From: Eubacteriales bacterium
GTDB taxonomy: Bacteria; Bacillota; Clostridia; Oscillospirales; QAKW01
Direction of reading: 5' to 3'
Assembly: GCA_045612565.1 (NCBI GenBank)
Contig: JAZKZG010000094.1
Coordinates: forward strand, 2,556 to 66,555
Length of the DNA: 64,000 nt
The notes under the pieces are model-generated. The model ran no database searches and had not been told where the DNA came from. It saw only the letters and a list, made by a program, of their open reading frames with translations. Position 1 is the first letter of the stretch. The number at the start of each line of letters is the position of its first letter. Positions 39,001 to 46,508 of the stretch are shown here, piece by piece. Both the position numbers and the translations under genes were made by a program.

Positions 39001-40277
39001 CAACCTATCAGTCAACTCCCGCAATTACTGTTACAAACAACAACCCCGCAGTGCTCTTACAGGCAGTTCAGGCACAGAACGAGGGCGCAGATAACTTTGA
39101 ATGTGAAGGCATCAAACAACTTTTGACAGTTGACACAAGCACACTTTCAAATGAAGAGGCACAAAATATTATCAGCGCAATCCGCACCGGCAAACACGTA
39201 ATGACTGACGTTGATGCTACATTGCCAGACTGTGAAAACGGCGGAAACAGCGCCCACAAGATATGTATCTACTGTGGACACAAAGAAGGCTTTGTTCCAA
39301 CTGAACCGAATGGTCACGAAACCGTTAAGGTGACAGGTAAAAAAGCAACCTGTACAGCAGATGGTTATAAAGATTACTTCAAGTGTGAAACTTGCGGTAA
39401 AATCTTTGCTGACGAAGCTGCTAAGACTGCAATTGCAGATCTCGAAGCATGGAAACTTGCAGACGGTAAGATTGCAAAAGTTGCTCACGTTTGGGGCGAA
39501 TATGTTTATAACAATGACGCTACAACCGAAAAAGACGGCACAAAGACTGCTAAATGTAACAACTGTGACGCTACAGACGTTAAGGTAGCAGAGGGTACAA
39601 AACTCGAAAAACCTGCAGATAAACCTGCAGATAAACCTGAAGACAAACCCGAAGAGAAGCCTGAAGAAAAACCCGAAGTTGAAATCAAAGATACTTCTAA
39701 GATCTTCAAAGATATCAAGGCTAAAGGCTGGTATAGAAATGCGGTTGACTATTGCTACAGCTACGGATTTATTGCAGGTACTGCAAAAGATACGTTTGGC
39801 CGCACAACCAACGTAACACGCGGTATGTTTATTACGGTTCTCGCGCGTATTGCCGGCGTTGACACAACAAGCAAGGGCGTTAATAAAGTTGAAACTAAGT
39901 TTACTGATGTTAAATCGGGCAAATACTATACTGCTGCTATCAAGTGGGCAAACGAAAATAGTATTGTAAACGGTACAAGCAAAACCACCTTTGGTCCCGA
40001 TAATGCAATCAGCCGTCAGGACCTTTGCGTAATGCTTGTGAACTATGCAAACTTTATGAAAGTTGACCTGAAGGCATCTGTAAAAGAACTTTCGTTCAAG
40101 GATGCAAAAACCATCAGAAAGTATGCAAAAGATGCCGTTAAGGTTTGCCAGATGGCAGGTATTGTAACCGGTTATGCAAACGGAAACGAGTTTGATTTCA
40201 AACCTCAGAATACCGCATCACGTGCCGAGGCTGCACAAATCCTTTATGTATTCCATCAAACCTTTATAGCAAAATAA
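33054..40277 (+). CDS. 2407-aa secreted SLH-anchored multidomain protein with three SGNH/GDSL hydrolase domains
   Basis: Signal peptide. Two long Asn-rich beta-helix-like regions. GDS(L) blocks 'KIACVGDSITE', 'KIAAMGDQTTYG', 'KIACVGDSITDG', each with a downstream 'D(G/R)LHPT' block. His/Cys modules, a (KPxD/E)n linker and three SLH repeats at the C-terminus. Confidence 0.8.
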   Translation: MKRIISWALTVMMIIGCLGSFSTAAFAAVDTSNPISITQWHDETGIIKDGFGVLVPDNTTTSTVEFVWQGGYYTATVGTDAFKTVAAARSAGKKQLILPALTYGKLDISGSIELYGNHFGKNPNVIGEDRTQDWTLNEEWKSNVTTVTGNINIQNVATPTSVKGTVIVIDGLKLNGSFMDNARNVSKYPTSIKLSNMHFGFTTSATRIFELANKNANNADESILNVDSFIVENSRFDYPNKTDSNRTFNEYSPKTLIVNNNYFGKGFSRLGWFKQQVSVKEGHLELSNNYFREGKYIINLCGGVNVFKGKYTDTNSVAKFNNNIVYNSAVDGALEIGPAYFASTEVMGNVFVDTKNLDKHAISTPIYNEMFAGVSYADVITIKGNRFVGVSDHLKLNEGTVSLSKDNANYHSMYTEDFANAQNGTQIYGALKDSDYYLDFNATTLASEAVMKADREGMSVVSKSNVASIVIAKDENYIPSLKTVKDVPFTLYSDKEHKNAVSTISGADVGDGRLYYARAITETNVVIDYTVVISAGDKNAPAYEGAYLLYDKTEDMPVGAKFVATYKGKEYTFTVGVDAFPSLAQISVQHKKDETINVIMLSGAYEGGYNVTGDFNIVGDNTVLKNGFKTDGPVKIACVGDSITEAVMYGGRATWGYPARLNDLLDASYGEGNYEVKNFGKGNSSLQQINTTTTTNLKTANRSQYNQGSWYYSALNYNPDVVMVMIGHNDTQVAETDHIYKSAANYKKYYVDLIESFKELPSNPQIIVVSCHARAAGFRGDLVERCIIPVQKELAERYNTIFVDTFTVTNGMKNAADGVYSTDGLHLTPKGYALLAGLIKDGTDGIYSSKRAVTLDGVTVDENAEVVTKTAKIKIAAMGDQTTYGSKSYINYPTALGQILGDGYEVRNYGECDITTKNYYTDKEYGEIGDYQSALAWKPDVAILGFGANNSTNTAFTNSYQSMIDELKAQGTKIYLLTSLKKSINTKITELAAANELEVIDIYTYAKENLSDYKLSTYLFDEVGNTKFAEFVAKEAFDVNPPEKATEFVLGGQQFKDYTSDYIPVTDAPLFTQRDDSALTIKNDAVAVIELASKKTSGDSIIARWDGQYYKFTVGVNAFGTLAEALSTDVKQIIVPTGLISKFEVTRSVEIYGANYNIHPWTVEGGEKVVQSADWGKYGESVIYQTDIVITKEAVGANILISGFRMTRGFNDTARPLSSENTSITLKNNILDRCFETGDFREFNLLNANNTNSSNTSVENNDEFTIKNMMFQNHSPNTGHALFQEQLPSFFTIDGFGCNSKMTTFGFPKWGYGTKQGKMTLKNCFIKDVNASSSRFPYLINFSGHFGSANLTDQQISNLDLSLEISNNTFIDCYTGGTDGAVIIWPASYTDIVVDGNTLVSTNDINNRGFQWKGQSDFRSNDKNFTDRITFKNNRIIGYIASHYVNDLTKLDLSDNYFETYTLSYRNGVTGDIPADIDANYYLDYKLTTRIGDMAPNSVNAIHALSVDNVTRTISGFATGDIAELGMSNDIGVEYTFYSDAECKNAITSLDVELGNASKAYVKAKRGNIQIVYTLYVIGIKDVADIGSADTNTTLEGIDDATLWYPSLYGAPNGIKVISYYDGKPVEFTTGVNVASSAGEMGLYGDDIIFPDNITEIDGLELVTAVNVYSAVANIKGIKMRKVKIACVGDSITDGVINGGRQDSYPTTMQNLLGTNSYDIQNFGGSGATAQYIEYLRLNANEGDRERQYRVLRKSMYEQSIAYNGDVVIIGLGANDSAVNEPVRWLSNYNFIDQYIDLIREYQSLPSKPAVYITTTTARYDQAVATVLIQENMRYIEQVIADITGAEIIDLNTLMDYMFKSTATEYSSDRLHPTAKGYHEMGKIIADEVTKTLAPIGENTITVNGGTVSGVIESSVAKTNLALNDNTLVIDSQIINGSNIVGVDLHNAVVKKNDKVVSEFDAAELITSGGSVKVDLGVADVETTYQSTPAITVTNNNPAVLLQAVQAQNEGADNFECEGIKQLLTVDTSTLSNEEAQNIISAIRTGKHVMTDVDATLPDCENGGNSAHKICIYCGHKEGFVPTEPNGHETVKVTGKKATCTADGYKDYFKCETCGKIFADEAAKTAIADLEAWKLADGKIAKVAHVWGEYVYNNDATTEKDGTKTAKCNNCDATDVKVAEGTKLEKPADKPADKPEDKPEEKPEEKPEVEIKDTSKIFKDIKAKGWYRNAVDYCYSYGFIAGTAKDTFGRTTNVTRGMFITVLARIAGVDTTSKGVNKVETKFTDVKSGKYYTAAIKWANENSIVNGTSKTTFGPDNAISRQDLCVMLVNYANFMKVDLKASVKELSFKDAKTIRKYAKDAVKVCQMAGIVTGYANGNEFDFKPQNTASRAEAAQILYVFHQTFIAK
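39609..39677 (+). repeat. 12-nt tandem coding repeat (KPADKPADKPEDKPEEKPEEKPE linker)
   Basis: AAACCTGCAGAT x2, then degenerate AAACC(T/C)GAAGA(C/G) units. Confidence 0.8.
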
Positions 40278-40280
40278 ATT

Positions 40281-40320
40281 AAAAAGAGTAGAATCGAAAG
40301 ATTCTACTCTTTGTTTTTTT
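40281..40320. terminator. bidirectional terminator
   Basis: AGAGTAGAATC-gaaa-GATTCTACTCT flanked by A-run and T-run. Confidence 0.75.
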
Positions 40321-40343
40321 GTGTTCTTTATAACGGAGGTGGC

Positions 40344-41108
40344 TTATATCATTATGTAGCCGTGGGTGTGAAGTATTGTACCGCCGTCTTGCAGATATTT
40401 TTTAAGACTTTTTTGAAGTGAAGTATTTTCGGGCGCGTTTTGTACATTGCCGTCAAAATCAAAGCCGAATACACGCTGTTTTGCCTGTGCGCTGTCATCT
40501 TCGTCAACAGTTGTTTTTGTCCATAGACGCATAAACTTTACGATATTTGAGTTTTCGTTCAAAATTCTTGTAAGATTTTCTGAAAGTAACCACGATGAAC
40601 AAACAAACCTGTCGGGAGTATTTTTGGGAAAATACTTTTTAAAGAACTCACGTGCGATATCAAATGATGCGACGCACTCGCTTTCGATGAGCGGTTCGTC
40701 CTGCGGAATGTGTGTGTTAAGGACCTCTTTTCCATCCTGCTCAATTATATGAAACTGCAGACGTCCGAGACGGAACATTTGTCCTGTGTAATGATACCAC
40801 AACCAGTCAAACTCGCCGATGCCGATTTTGCCTGTGACAGTTTTATAGTTTTTAAACCATACGTTTACATCTTTAAGCGTTGCAACGGTGATTTCACGCG
40901 GAATACCGCGCTCACTGTTGATTTTAAGTGCATAGTCTGCCAAAAAGCCGAGAACGAATACCGTTTCCATACCTTTTTCGGGCTGGGGCATTTTTCCTGC
41001 AATAACCTCGTCGGCAAGTTCACGTGCGCGGTTTGCGTACTGCACGTTTGCAAGAATTGCGTCGCGTATTTCGTTACTCTCTACAATTTCTTCAATAAAA
41101 AAGTCCAT
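40344..41108 (-). CDS. hypothetical protein (possibly acyltransferase-like DUF5596/GNAT-C family)
   Basis: 254 aa soluble protein. I have only a weak memory-based resemblance ('FRLGRLQF' segment) and no catalytic motif I can verify. Confidence 0.35.
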   Translation of the reverse strand: MDFFIEEIVESNEIRDAILANVQYANRARELADEVIAGKMPQPEKGMETVFVLGFLADYALKINSERGIPREITVATLKDVNVWFKNYKTVTGKIGIGEFDWLWYHYTGQMFRLGRLQFHIIEQDGKEVLNTHIPQDEPLIESECVASFDIAREFFKKYFPKNTPDRFVCSSWLLSENLTRILNENSNIVKFMRLWTKTTVDEDDSAQAKQRVFGFDFDGNVQNAPENTSLQKSLKKYLQDGGTILHTHGYIMI

Positions 41109-41111
41109 AAT

Positions 41112-41966
41112 TTATTCTCCCATTTTAGGCAGTTCGTGTTTAACGTCGCCGCCTGACAAAAATCTCATATAGTTTTTGTTATAAATCTTTTCGCGCGTGG
41201 TTTCGTCAACACCGAGTTCGTCAAAGAGATTTCCGTCGATTGTAAGCCATTTTTTTACCCATTCACTGCCGTATGCAACGGTTGTCTGGTCGGTACCGAA
41301 CATAATGTTGTCAGCAACATCATAGCCCACCGTAAACAACTTTGTAATAAGGTCGCGGCGGTAGATTTCGGGTGTGCCGGGGGTGAGGTCAAAAAACATT
41401 TCGCTTGATTGTTTGTGGTTGTATGATTCAAGGAACTTGCCATAAACCGCGATGCACTCGTCATACCACGGCCAAGAACAGTGAGCAAGTGCAAACTTGG
41501 TCTTTTTGAACTCGAGCATACATTCCCAGTCGACAGGCTTATTGTATTTTGAACTGTCTTTTCCGCTCCACAAAATGCCTGTATGGAATAAAACAGGAAG
41601 CCCTGTTTTTTCGATTTCAGTAAGCATTTCCATGTTCTCTTTGCAGTAGACATAGTGGTTTTCGCAAATGATTTTAAAAGCGCGTATACCGCTTTCTTTG
41701 GCATCGTGAATTTTGTCTTTTATATCCTTTTCAAAGGGGTTTACCCACAGCATAGGGATAAGACGCTCGTCTGAATTTTTGCACCAGTCCATAACGTTTT
41801 TTACGCGGTCGCGGTAATCGAGCGACAAAAGGTTCTCTTTTGATTCGAAAGGCGCTGCCGAGATAATTCCGCCGCCGTAAATACCTGCACTCTCAAGATT
41901 GTTTAAAAGACGTGCGCTGTCGGGTACACCTGTGTCAACGTGTATGTGCATATCATAAATTTTCAT
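41112..41966 (-). CDS. amidohydrolase-family (TIM-barrel metal-dependent) hydrolase
   Basis: N-terminal 'MKIYDMHIHV' HxH metal motif. 284 aa. Confidence 0.7.
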   Translation of the reverse strand: MKIYDMHIHVDTGVPDSARLLNNLESAGIYGGGIISAAPFESKENLLSLDYRDRVKNVMDWCKNSDERLIPMLWVNPFEKDIKDKIHDAKESGIRAFKIICENHYVYCKENMEMLTEIEKTGLPVLFHTGILWSGKDSSKYNKPVDWECMLEFKKTKFALAHCSWPWYDECIAVYGKFLESYNHKQSSEMFFDLTPGTPEIYRRDLITKLFTVGYDVADNIMFGTDQTTVAYGSEWVKKWLTIDGNLFDELGVDETTREKIYNKNYMRFLSGGDVKHELPKMGE

Positions 41967-41978
41967 AGAATACCTCTT

Positions 41979-42800
41979 TTAGATTATGTTTTCAACAATA
42001 TATTTAATAGCGTGTTGTTCGTTTGAACAAATTATTTTGTCGCAAACTTCCTTTAGTGAGTCACTTGCATTATCAACCGCAAGACCAAGACCTGCATCCT
42101 TGATAAGCGTCAAATCGTTTCCGCTGTCACCGACACCGATGGTTTGGCTAACGTCAATTCCAAGTTTTTTTGCAAGAGCGGTAAGTGCCGCACCCTTACC
42201 TGCAGATTTGCTGAAAATTTCAAGGTTATACGGCCACGAATCCGCCACCACAATTTCCCCGATGTCACTTAACTGTTGTTTGCATTTTTGCATTTCGGTT
42301 TCGCTGTGGAAAAATATTGACATTACCTCGACATCATCGAGCGAGTAAACAAACTCTTTATATCCTTCTTTTAAAACGGCGTATTCGGTAATTACCCCTT
42401 TATGAACGTTGTGAACATTATAAAAACGATAGTCGCTTTCTTTTTGATATTCAGCATCAATATAGCAAATTCCATTATGGCGCAATGTGATATGAGTTTT
42501 GTAACTGTAAAGAGTGTCGAGCACCTTACCCACAATCGCTTTTGACATACACATTAAAATCTTTTCGCCGGTAAGCGTGTCAATTGCGGCGGCACCGTTT
42601 GAGTAGATATAATAGCGGATATCAGAATTGTTTATTAGTTCAGGTGGCATTTCCGACATTGTTCTGCCCGATGACGGCACAAATAAAATGCCACGCTCAC
42701 ACAGTTTTTTTATTGCATCAATGTTTTCGCGGCTTATTTGAGTTTTGTTATTATACAAAGTACCGTCAAGATCGCAGGCAATAAGTTTATAATTCGACAT
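41979..42800 (-). CDS. Cof-type HAD-IIB phosphatase
   Basis: 'LIACDLDGTL' motif I, 'SGR' motif II, 'GDSGNDL' motif IV. Confidence 0.85.
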   Translation of the reverse strand: MSNYKLIACDLDGTLYNNKTQISRENIDAIKKLCERGILFVPSSGRTMSEMPPELINNSDIRYYIYSNGAAAIDTLTGEKILMCMSKAIVGKVLDTLYSYKTHITLRHNGICYIDAEYQKESDYRFYNVHNVHKGVITEYAVLKEGYKEFVYSLDDVEVMSIFFHSETEMQKCKQQLSDIGEIVVADSWPYNLEIFSKSAGKGAALTALAKKLGIDVSQTIGVGDSGNDLTLIKDAGLGLAVDNASDSLKEVCDKIICSNEQHAIKYIVENII

Positions 42801-42890
42801 ATAATATCCTCATTTATATATAATGCGTATTTCTATTTCAAGTGGTAACTGAAAAAAGTCGACACGGACAAAACAGAGTCCGCGGCGATG

Positions 42891-42967
42891 ATGGCGCGCC
42901 CGACTGGATTCGAACCAGCGGCCTTCAGAGTCGGGGGCTGACGCTCTATCCAACTGGGCTACGGGCG
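42891..42967 (-). tRNA. tRNA-Arg (CCG) with atypical anticodon arm, CCA encoded
   Basis: GCGCCCG-TA-GCCC-AGTTGGATA-GAGC-G-TCAGC-CCCCGAC-TCTGA-AGGCC-GCTGG-TTCGAAT-CCAGT-CGGGCGC-G-CCA. Acceptor and T arms are perfect. There is a C12-A23 mismatch, a C31-U39 mismatch and C at position 33. Confidence 0.7.
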
Positions 42968-43086
42968 CATTTGCTTCATTCTAACATATATATTTTACAA
43001 TTTCAATAAATTATAAAATATTATTGATTTAGAATAAAATATATAATATAATATTAAATTGAAAAATTATGCAGAGGTAAAAAGCA

Positions 43087-44748
43087 ATGGAAGATAAAAA
43101 TTTACAGTTAGCAGAACTTTTGTTCTCACACGTTACAAAAACTCCCGACGATATGGAAACGGAGTTTGCCGTTCGTGATTTACCCGAGGGCGCAAAGGTT
43201 ACACGTATTGCACCCAGCCCCACAGGTTTTGTTCATTTCGGCAACCTTTTTCCTGCAATGATATCAGAGCGTCTTGCACGTCAGAGTGACGGTCTTTTCC
43301 TTCTTAGAATTGAAGATACCGACGCACAGCGTAAGGTTGAGGGTGCGGTTGAAACAATCATCGATTCATTTGCGCACTACGGTCTCCAGTTTGACGAGGG
43401 CGCATCAAAAACAGGTGATATCGGTGCTTACGGACCTTATTTTCAGTCGCAGCGCGCACACATCTACCACGTTTTTGCAAAATCACTTGTACAGCAAGGT
43501 CTTGCATACCCCTGCTTTTATACTAAAGACGAACTCGAAAAAATCCGTGAAGAGCAGGAGGCAAAAAAAGTGCTCCCCGGTGTATATGGTGAGTGGGCAA
43601 AATACCGCGATGCCGATATTGACACCGTAAAAGAACTTATCGAAAAGGGCGTACCTTATGTTGTACGTCTTCGTTCACCCGGTGTTGTCGGTGGCAGAAT
43701 TAAGGTAACCGACGTTATCAAGGGTAATCTTGAACTCGACGAAAACTATGTTGACGGTGTTATCTTAAAGAGTGACGGCATTCCCACATACCACTTTGCA
43801 CACGCGGTTGATGACCATCTTATGCGCGTAACCCACGTTGTACGCGGTGAAGAATGGCTTCCGTCTCTTCCGCTTCATATCCAACTCTTTAAAGTACTTG
43901 GCTTTAAGGCTCCCAAATATCTGCACATTTCACTGCTTATGAAACAGGACGGCACCTCAAAGCGTAAACTTTCAAAGCGTCACGACCCTGAAGCCGCACT
44001 TTCATACTATAAAGAAGTTGGTTATCCCGCAGCGTCGGTGCGTGAGTATGTTATGACACTCCTTAACTCAAACTTTGAAGAGTGGCGTATGCAAAATCCC
44101 AAGGCTCCGCTTGACGACTTTAAGTTTACCACCGCAAAAATGAGCCACAGCGGTTCGCTTTTCGATATAAACAAACTCGACGACGTTTCTAAAAACGCAA
44201 TCAGCGTTATGACTGCCGACGAGGTAACATCACAGGTTATAAACTGGGCAGAAGAGTTCGACAGCGAACTTTATTCGCTTCTCTCACGTGATGAGGACTA
44301 TACAAAGAGCATTTTTGCAATCGGCAGAACAGACGCAAAACCGCGTAAAGATCTTGCAAAATGGAACGAGGTCCGCGCCTATGTAGGTCTTTTCTTTGAT
44401 GAGTTGTTTGCAAATATTGATGCAATGCCGGCTAACGTGTCGGATGACGATATTGTGGCAATCCTCACACAGTTTAAAGACAGTTACGATATCGCTGATG
44501 ACAGCAGTGCATGGTTTGAAAAATTAAAGGTTATTGCCGACAACTTAGGCTTTGCGCAAAAACCGAAAGACTATAAAAACAATCCCGATATGTACAAAGG
44601 TCACGTAGGTGACATCAGCATGGTGCTTCGTGTGGCGGTTTCGGGCAAAACAATGTCTCCTGACCTCTACAGCATTATGCAGATTATCGGTAAAGACAGA
44701 ACTTTCGCACGAATTGATGACGCAATAAAGAGTATTAAGGAGAACTAA
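43087..44748 (+). CDS. gltX: glutamate--tRNA ligase (long, divergent form)
   Basis: 'RIAPSPTGFVHFGNLF' (HIGH region reads HFGN), 'LLRIEDTDAQR', 'KLSKR'. 553 aa. Confidence 0.85.
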   Translation: MEDKNLQLAELLFSHVTKTPDDMETEFAVRDLPEGAKVTRIAPSPTGFVHFGNLFPAMISERLARQSDGLFLLRIEDTDAQRKVEGAVETIIDSFAHYGLQFDEGASKTGDIGAYGPYFQSQRAHIYHVFAKSLVQQGLAYPCFYTKDELEKIREEQEAKKVLPGVYGEWAKYRDADIDTVKELIEKGVPYVVRLRSPGVVGGRIKVTDVIKGNLELDENYVDGVILKSDGIPTYHFAHAVDDHLMRVTHVVRGEEWLPSLPLHIQLFKVLGFKAPKYLHISLLMKQDGTSKRKLSKRHDPEAALSYYKEVGYPAASVREYVMTLLNSNFEEWRMQNPKAPLDDFKFTTAKMSHSGSLFDINKLDDVSKNAISVMTADEVTSQVINWAEEFDSELYSLLSRDEDYTKSIFAIGRTDAKPRKDLAKWNEVRAYVGLFFDELFANIDAMPANVSDDDIVAILTQFKDSYDIADDSSAWFEKLKVIADNLGFAQKPKDYKNNPDMYKGHVGDISMVLRVAVSGKTMSPDLYSIMQIIGKDRTFARIDDAIKSIKEN

Positions 44749-44749
44749 A

Positions 44750-46405
44750 ATGGAAGAACTTACATCATTTTTTATACACGATATCATTGATAAAGATATC
44801 GAAAACGGCCTTGATCGCCGTATTCACACACGTTTCCCGCCCGAACCCAACGGTTATCTGCATATCGGCAGTGCAAAAGCAATTTTTATAAACCACTATA
44901 CCGCACAAAAATATAACGGTCTTTTCAATCTTCGTTATGACGATACCAACCCCGTAAAAGAGGATGACGAGTATGTAAAGAGCATTTATGAAGACCTCAA
45001 ATGGCTCGGTTGTGACATAAACGGCGGTGTATTTTACGGTTCTGACTATTTTGATAAATGCTATGAGTACGCTTGTCAACTTATCCGTCAGGGCGATGCT
45101 TATGTCTGCGACCTCAACGCCGACGAAATGCGCGAATACCGCGGTACACTCACAGCCCCCGGTAAAGAAAGCCCCTACAGAAACAGAAGCGTTGAAGAAA
45201 ACCTCGCACTTTTTGAGAAAATGAAAAATGGTGAGTTCGAAGATGGTGCCTGTACCCTTCGTGCAAAGATTGATATGTCGAGTTCAAATATGAACCTCCG
45301 CGACCCTGCAATCTACCGCATCAGCCACACCCACCATCACCGTCAGGGCGATAAATGGTGTATCTATCCGCTTTATGACTTTGCACATCCCATTCAGGAC
45401 GCACTCGAGGGCATTACACATTCGCTCTGCTCACTTGAGTTTGAAAACCACCGTCCGCTTTATGACTGGGTTGTTGACAAGATCGGTTTTGAAAATAAAC
45501 CCCATCAGTATGAATTTGCACGTCTTAACGTTACAAATACAGTTATGAGCAAACGCTATCTTCGTGAACTGGTTGAAACAGGCATTGTTGACGGTTGGGA
45601 CGATCCGCGTATGCCCACACTCTGCGGTCTTCGCCGTCGCGGTTACACACCCTCATCGATTATTGAATTTGTAAAACAGGCGGGTGTTTCAAAGGCATTT
45701 TCAATTGTTGATATCGGTATGCTCGAACACTGTGTGCGTGATGAACTCAACTACTCGGCGCAAAGACGCATCGCGGTAATCGACCCGATAAAAGTTGTTG
45801 TTGATAACTATCCCGAGGATAAAACCGAGACCTTTAAGGTATCAAATAACCCCAATGACGAAAACGCAGGAATGCGCGAAGTATCATTCAGCCGTGAACT
45901 GTACATCGACCGTGCCGACTTCCTTAAAGAAAAGGTTGGCAAGTTCTTCCGTATGTATCCCGGCGGTGAGGTTCGTCTTATGAGTGCATACATCGTAAAA
46001 TGTACAGGCTTTGAAGAGGATGAAAACGGCAACGTTACAGTAATTCACTGTGAGGCTGATCTCGAAACAGGTTGTAATATGCCCTCTGACGGCAGAAAAA
46101 TTAAAGGTACAATCCACTGGGTTAACGCAAATGATTGCGAAAATGCAAAGGTTATCAAGTACGATAAACTTTTCACCGAAGAAAACCTTGTTACAATGGA
46201 AGAAGGCAAGACCTATGGCGATTATCTCAATCACGATTCTGTTATTGAGTTTAATAATGCCAAAGTTGAACGCGCACTTGCAGAGGCAAAACCTTCTGAT
46301 AAGTTCCAGTTTGTAAGAACGGGTTATTTCTGCCGCGATACCAAAAACACAGATGAACTTGTATTTAACTCAATTGTTGAACTCCGCGACAGCAAAGGTA
46401 AATAA
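44750..46405 (+). CDS. glnS: glutamine--tRNA ligase
   Basis: 'RFPPEPNGYLHIGSAKA', 'LRYDDTNP', 'VMSKR'. Starts 1 nt after the gltX stop (TAAAATG). Confidence 0.92.
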   Translation: MEELTSFFIHDIIDKDIENGLDRRIHTRFPPEPNGYLHIGSAKAIFINHYTAQKYNGLFNLRYDDTNPVKEDDEYVKSIYEDLKWLGCDINGGVFYGSDYFDKCYEYACQLIRQGDAYVCDLNADEMREYRGTLTAPGKESPYRNRSVEENLALFEKMKNGEFEDGACTLRAKIDMSSSNMNLRDPAIYRISHTHHHRQGDKWCIYPLYDFAHPIQDALEGITHSLCSLEFENHRPLYDWVVDKIGFENKPHQYEFARLNVTNTVMSKRYLRELVETGIVDGWDDPRMPTLCGLRRRGYTPSSIIEFVKQAGVSKAFSIVDIGMLEHCVRDELNYSAQRRIAVIDPIKVVVDNYPEDKTETFKVSNNPNDENAGMREVSFSRELYIDRADFLKEKVGKFFRMYPGGEVRLMSAYIVKCTGFEEDENGNVTVIHCEADLETGCNMPSDGRKIKGTIHWVNANDCENAKVIKYDKLFTEENLVTMEEGKTYGDYLNHDSVIEFNNAKVERALAEAKPSDKFQFVRTGYFCRDTKNTDELVFNSIVELRDSKGK

Positions 46406-46411
46406 AATAAT

Positions 46412-46444
46412 AAAAGCAGAACCAAACGGTTCTGCTTTTTTTTT
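46412..46444 (+). terminator. rho-independent terminator of gltX-glnS
   Basis: AAAAGCAGAACC-aaac-GGTTCTGCTTTTTTTTT. Confidence 0.8.
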
Positions 46445-46508
46445 GTGAGATTGTTCGTTTTGTTCGGTTTATTTGCTTTATAATATTATTATAAAGGAGA
46501 ACAAAACT

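Noticed and set aside
42968-43086. Possible T-box upstream of gltX
   Set aside because: The region is only ~120 nt and extremely AT-rich. It has no AGAGA/GGUGNRA or T-box (GGUGGUACCGCG-like) elements.
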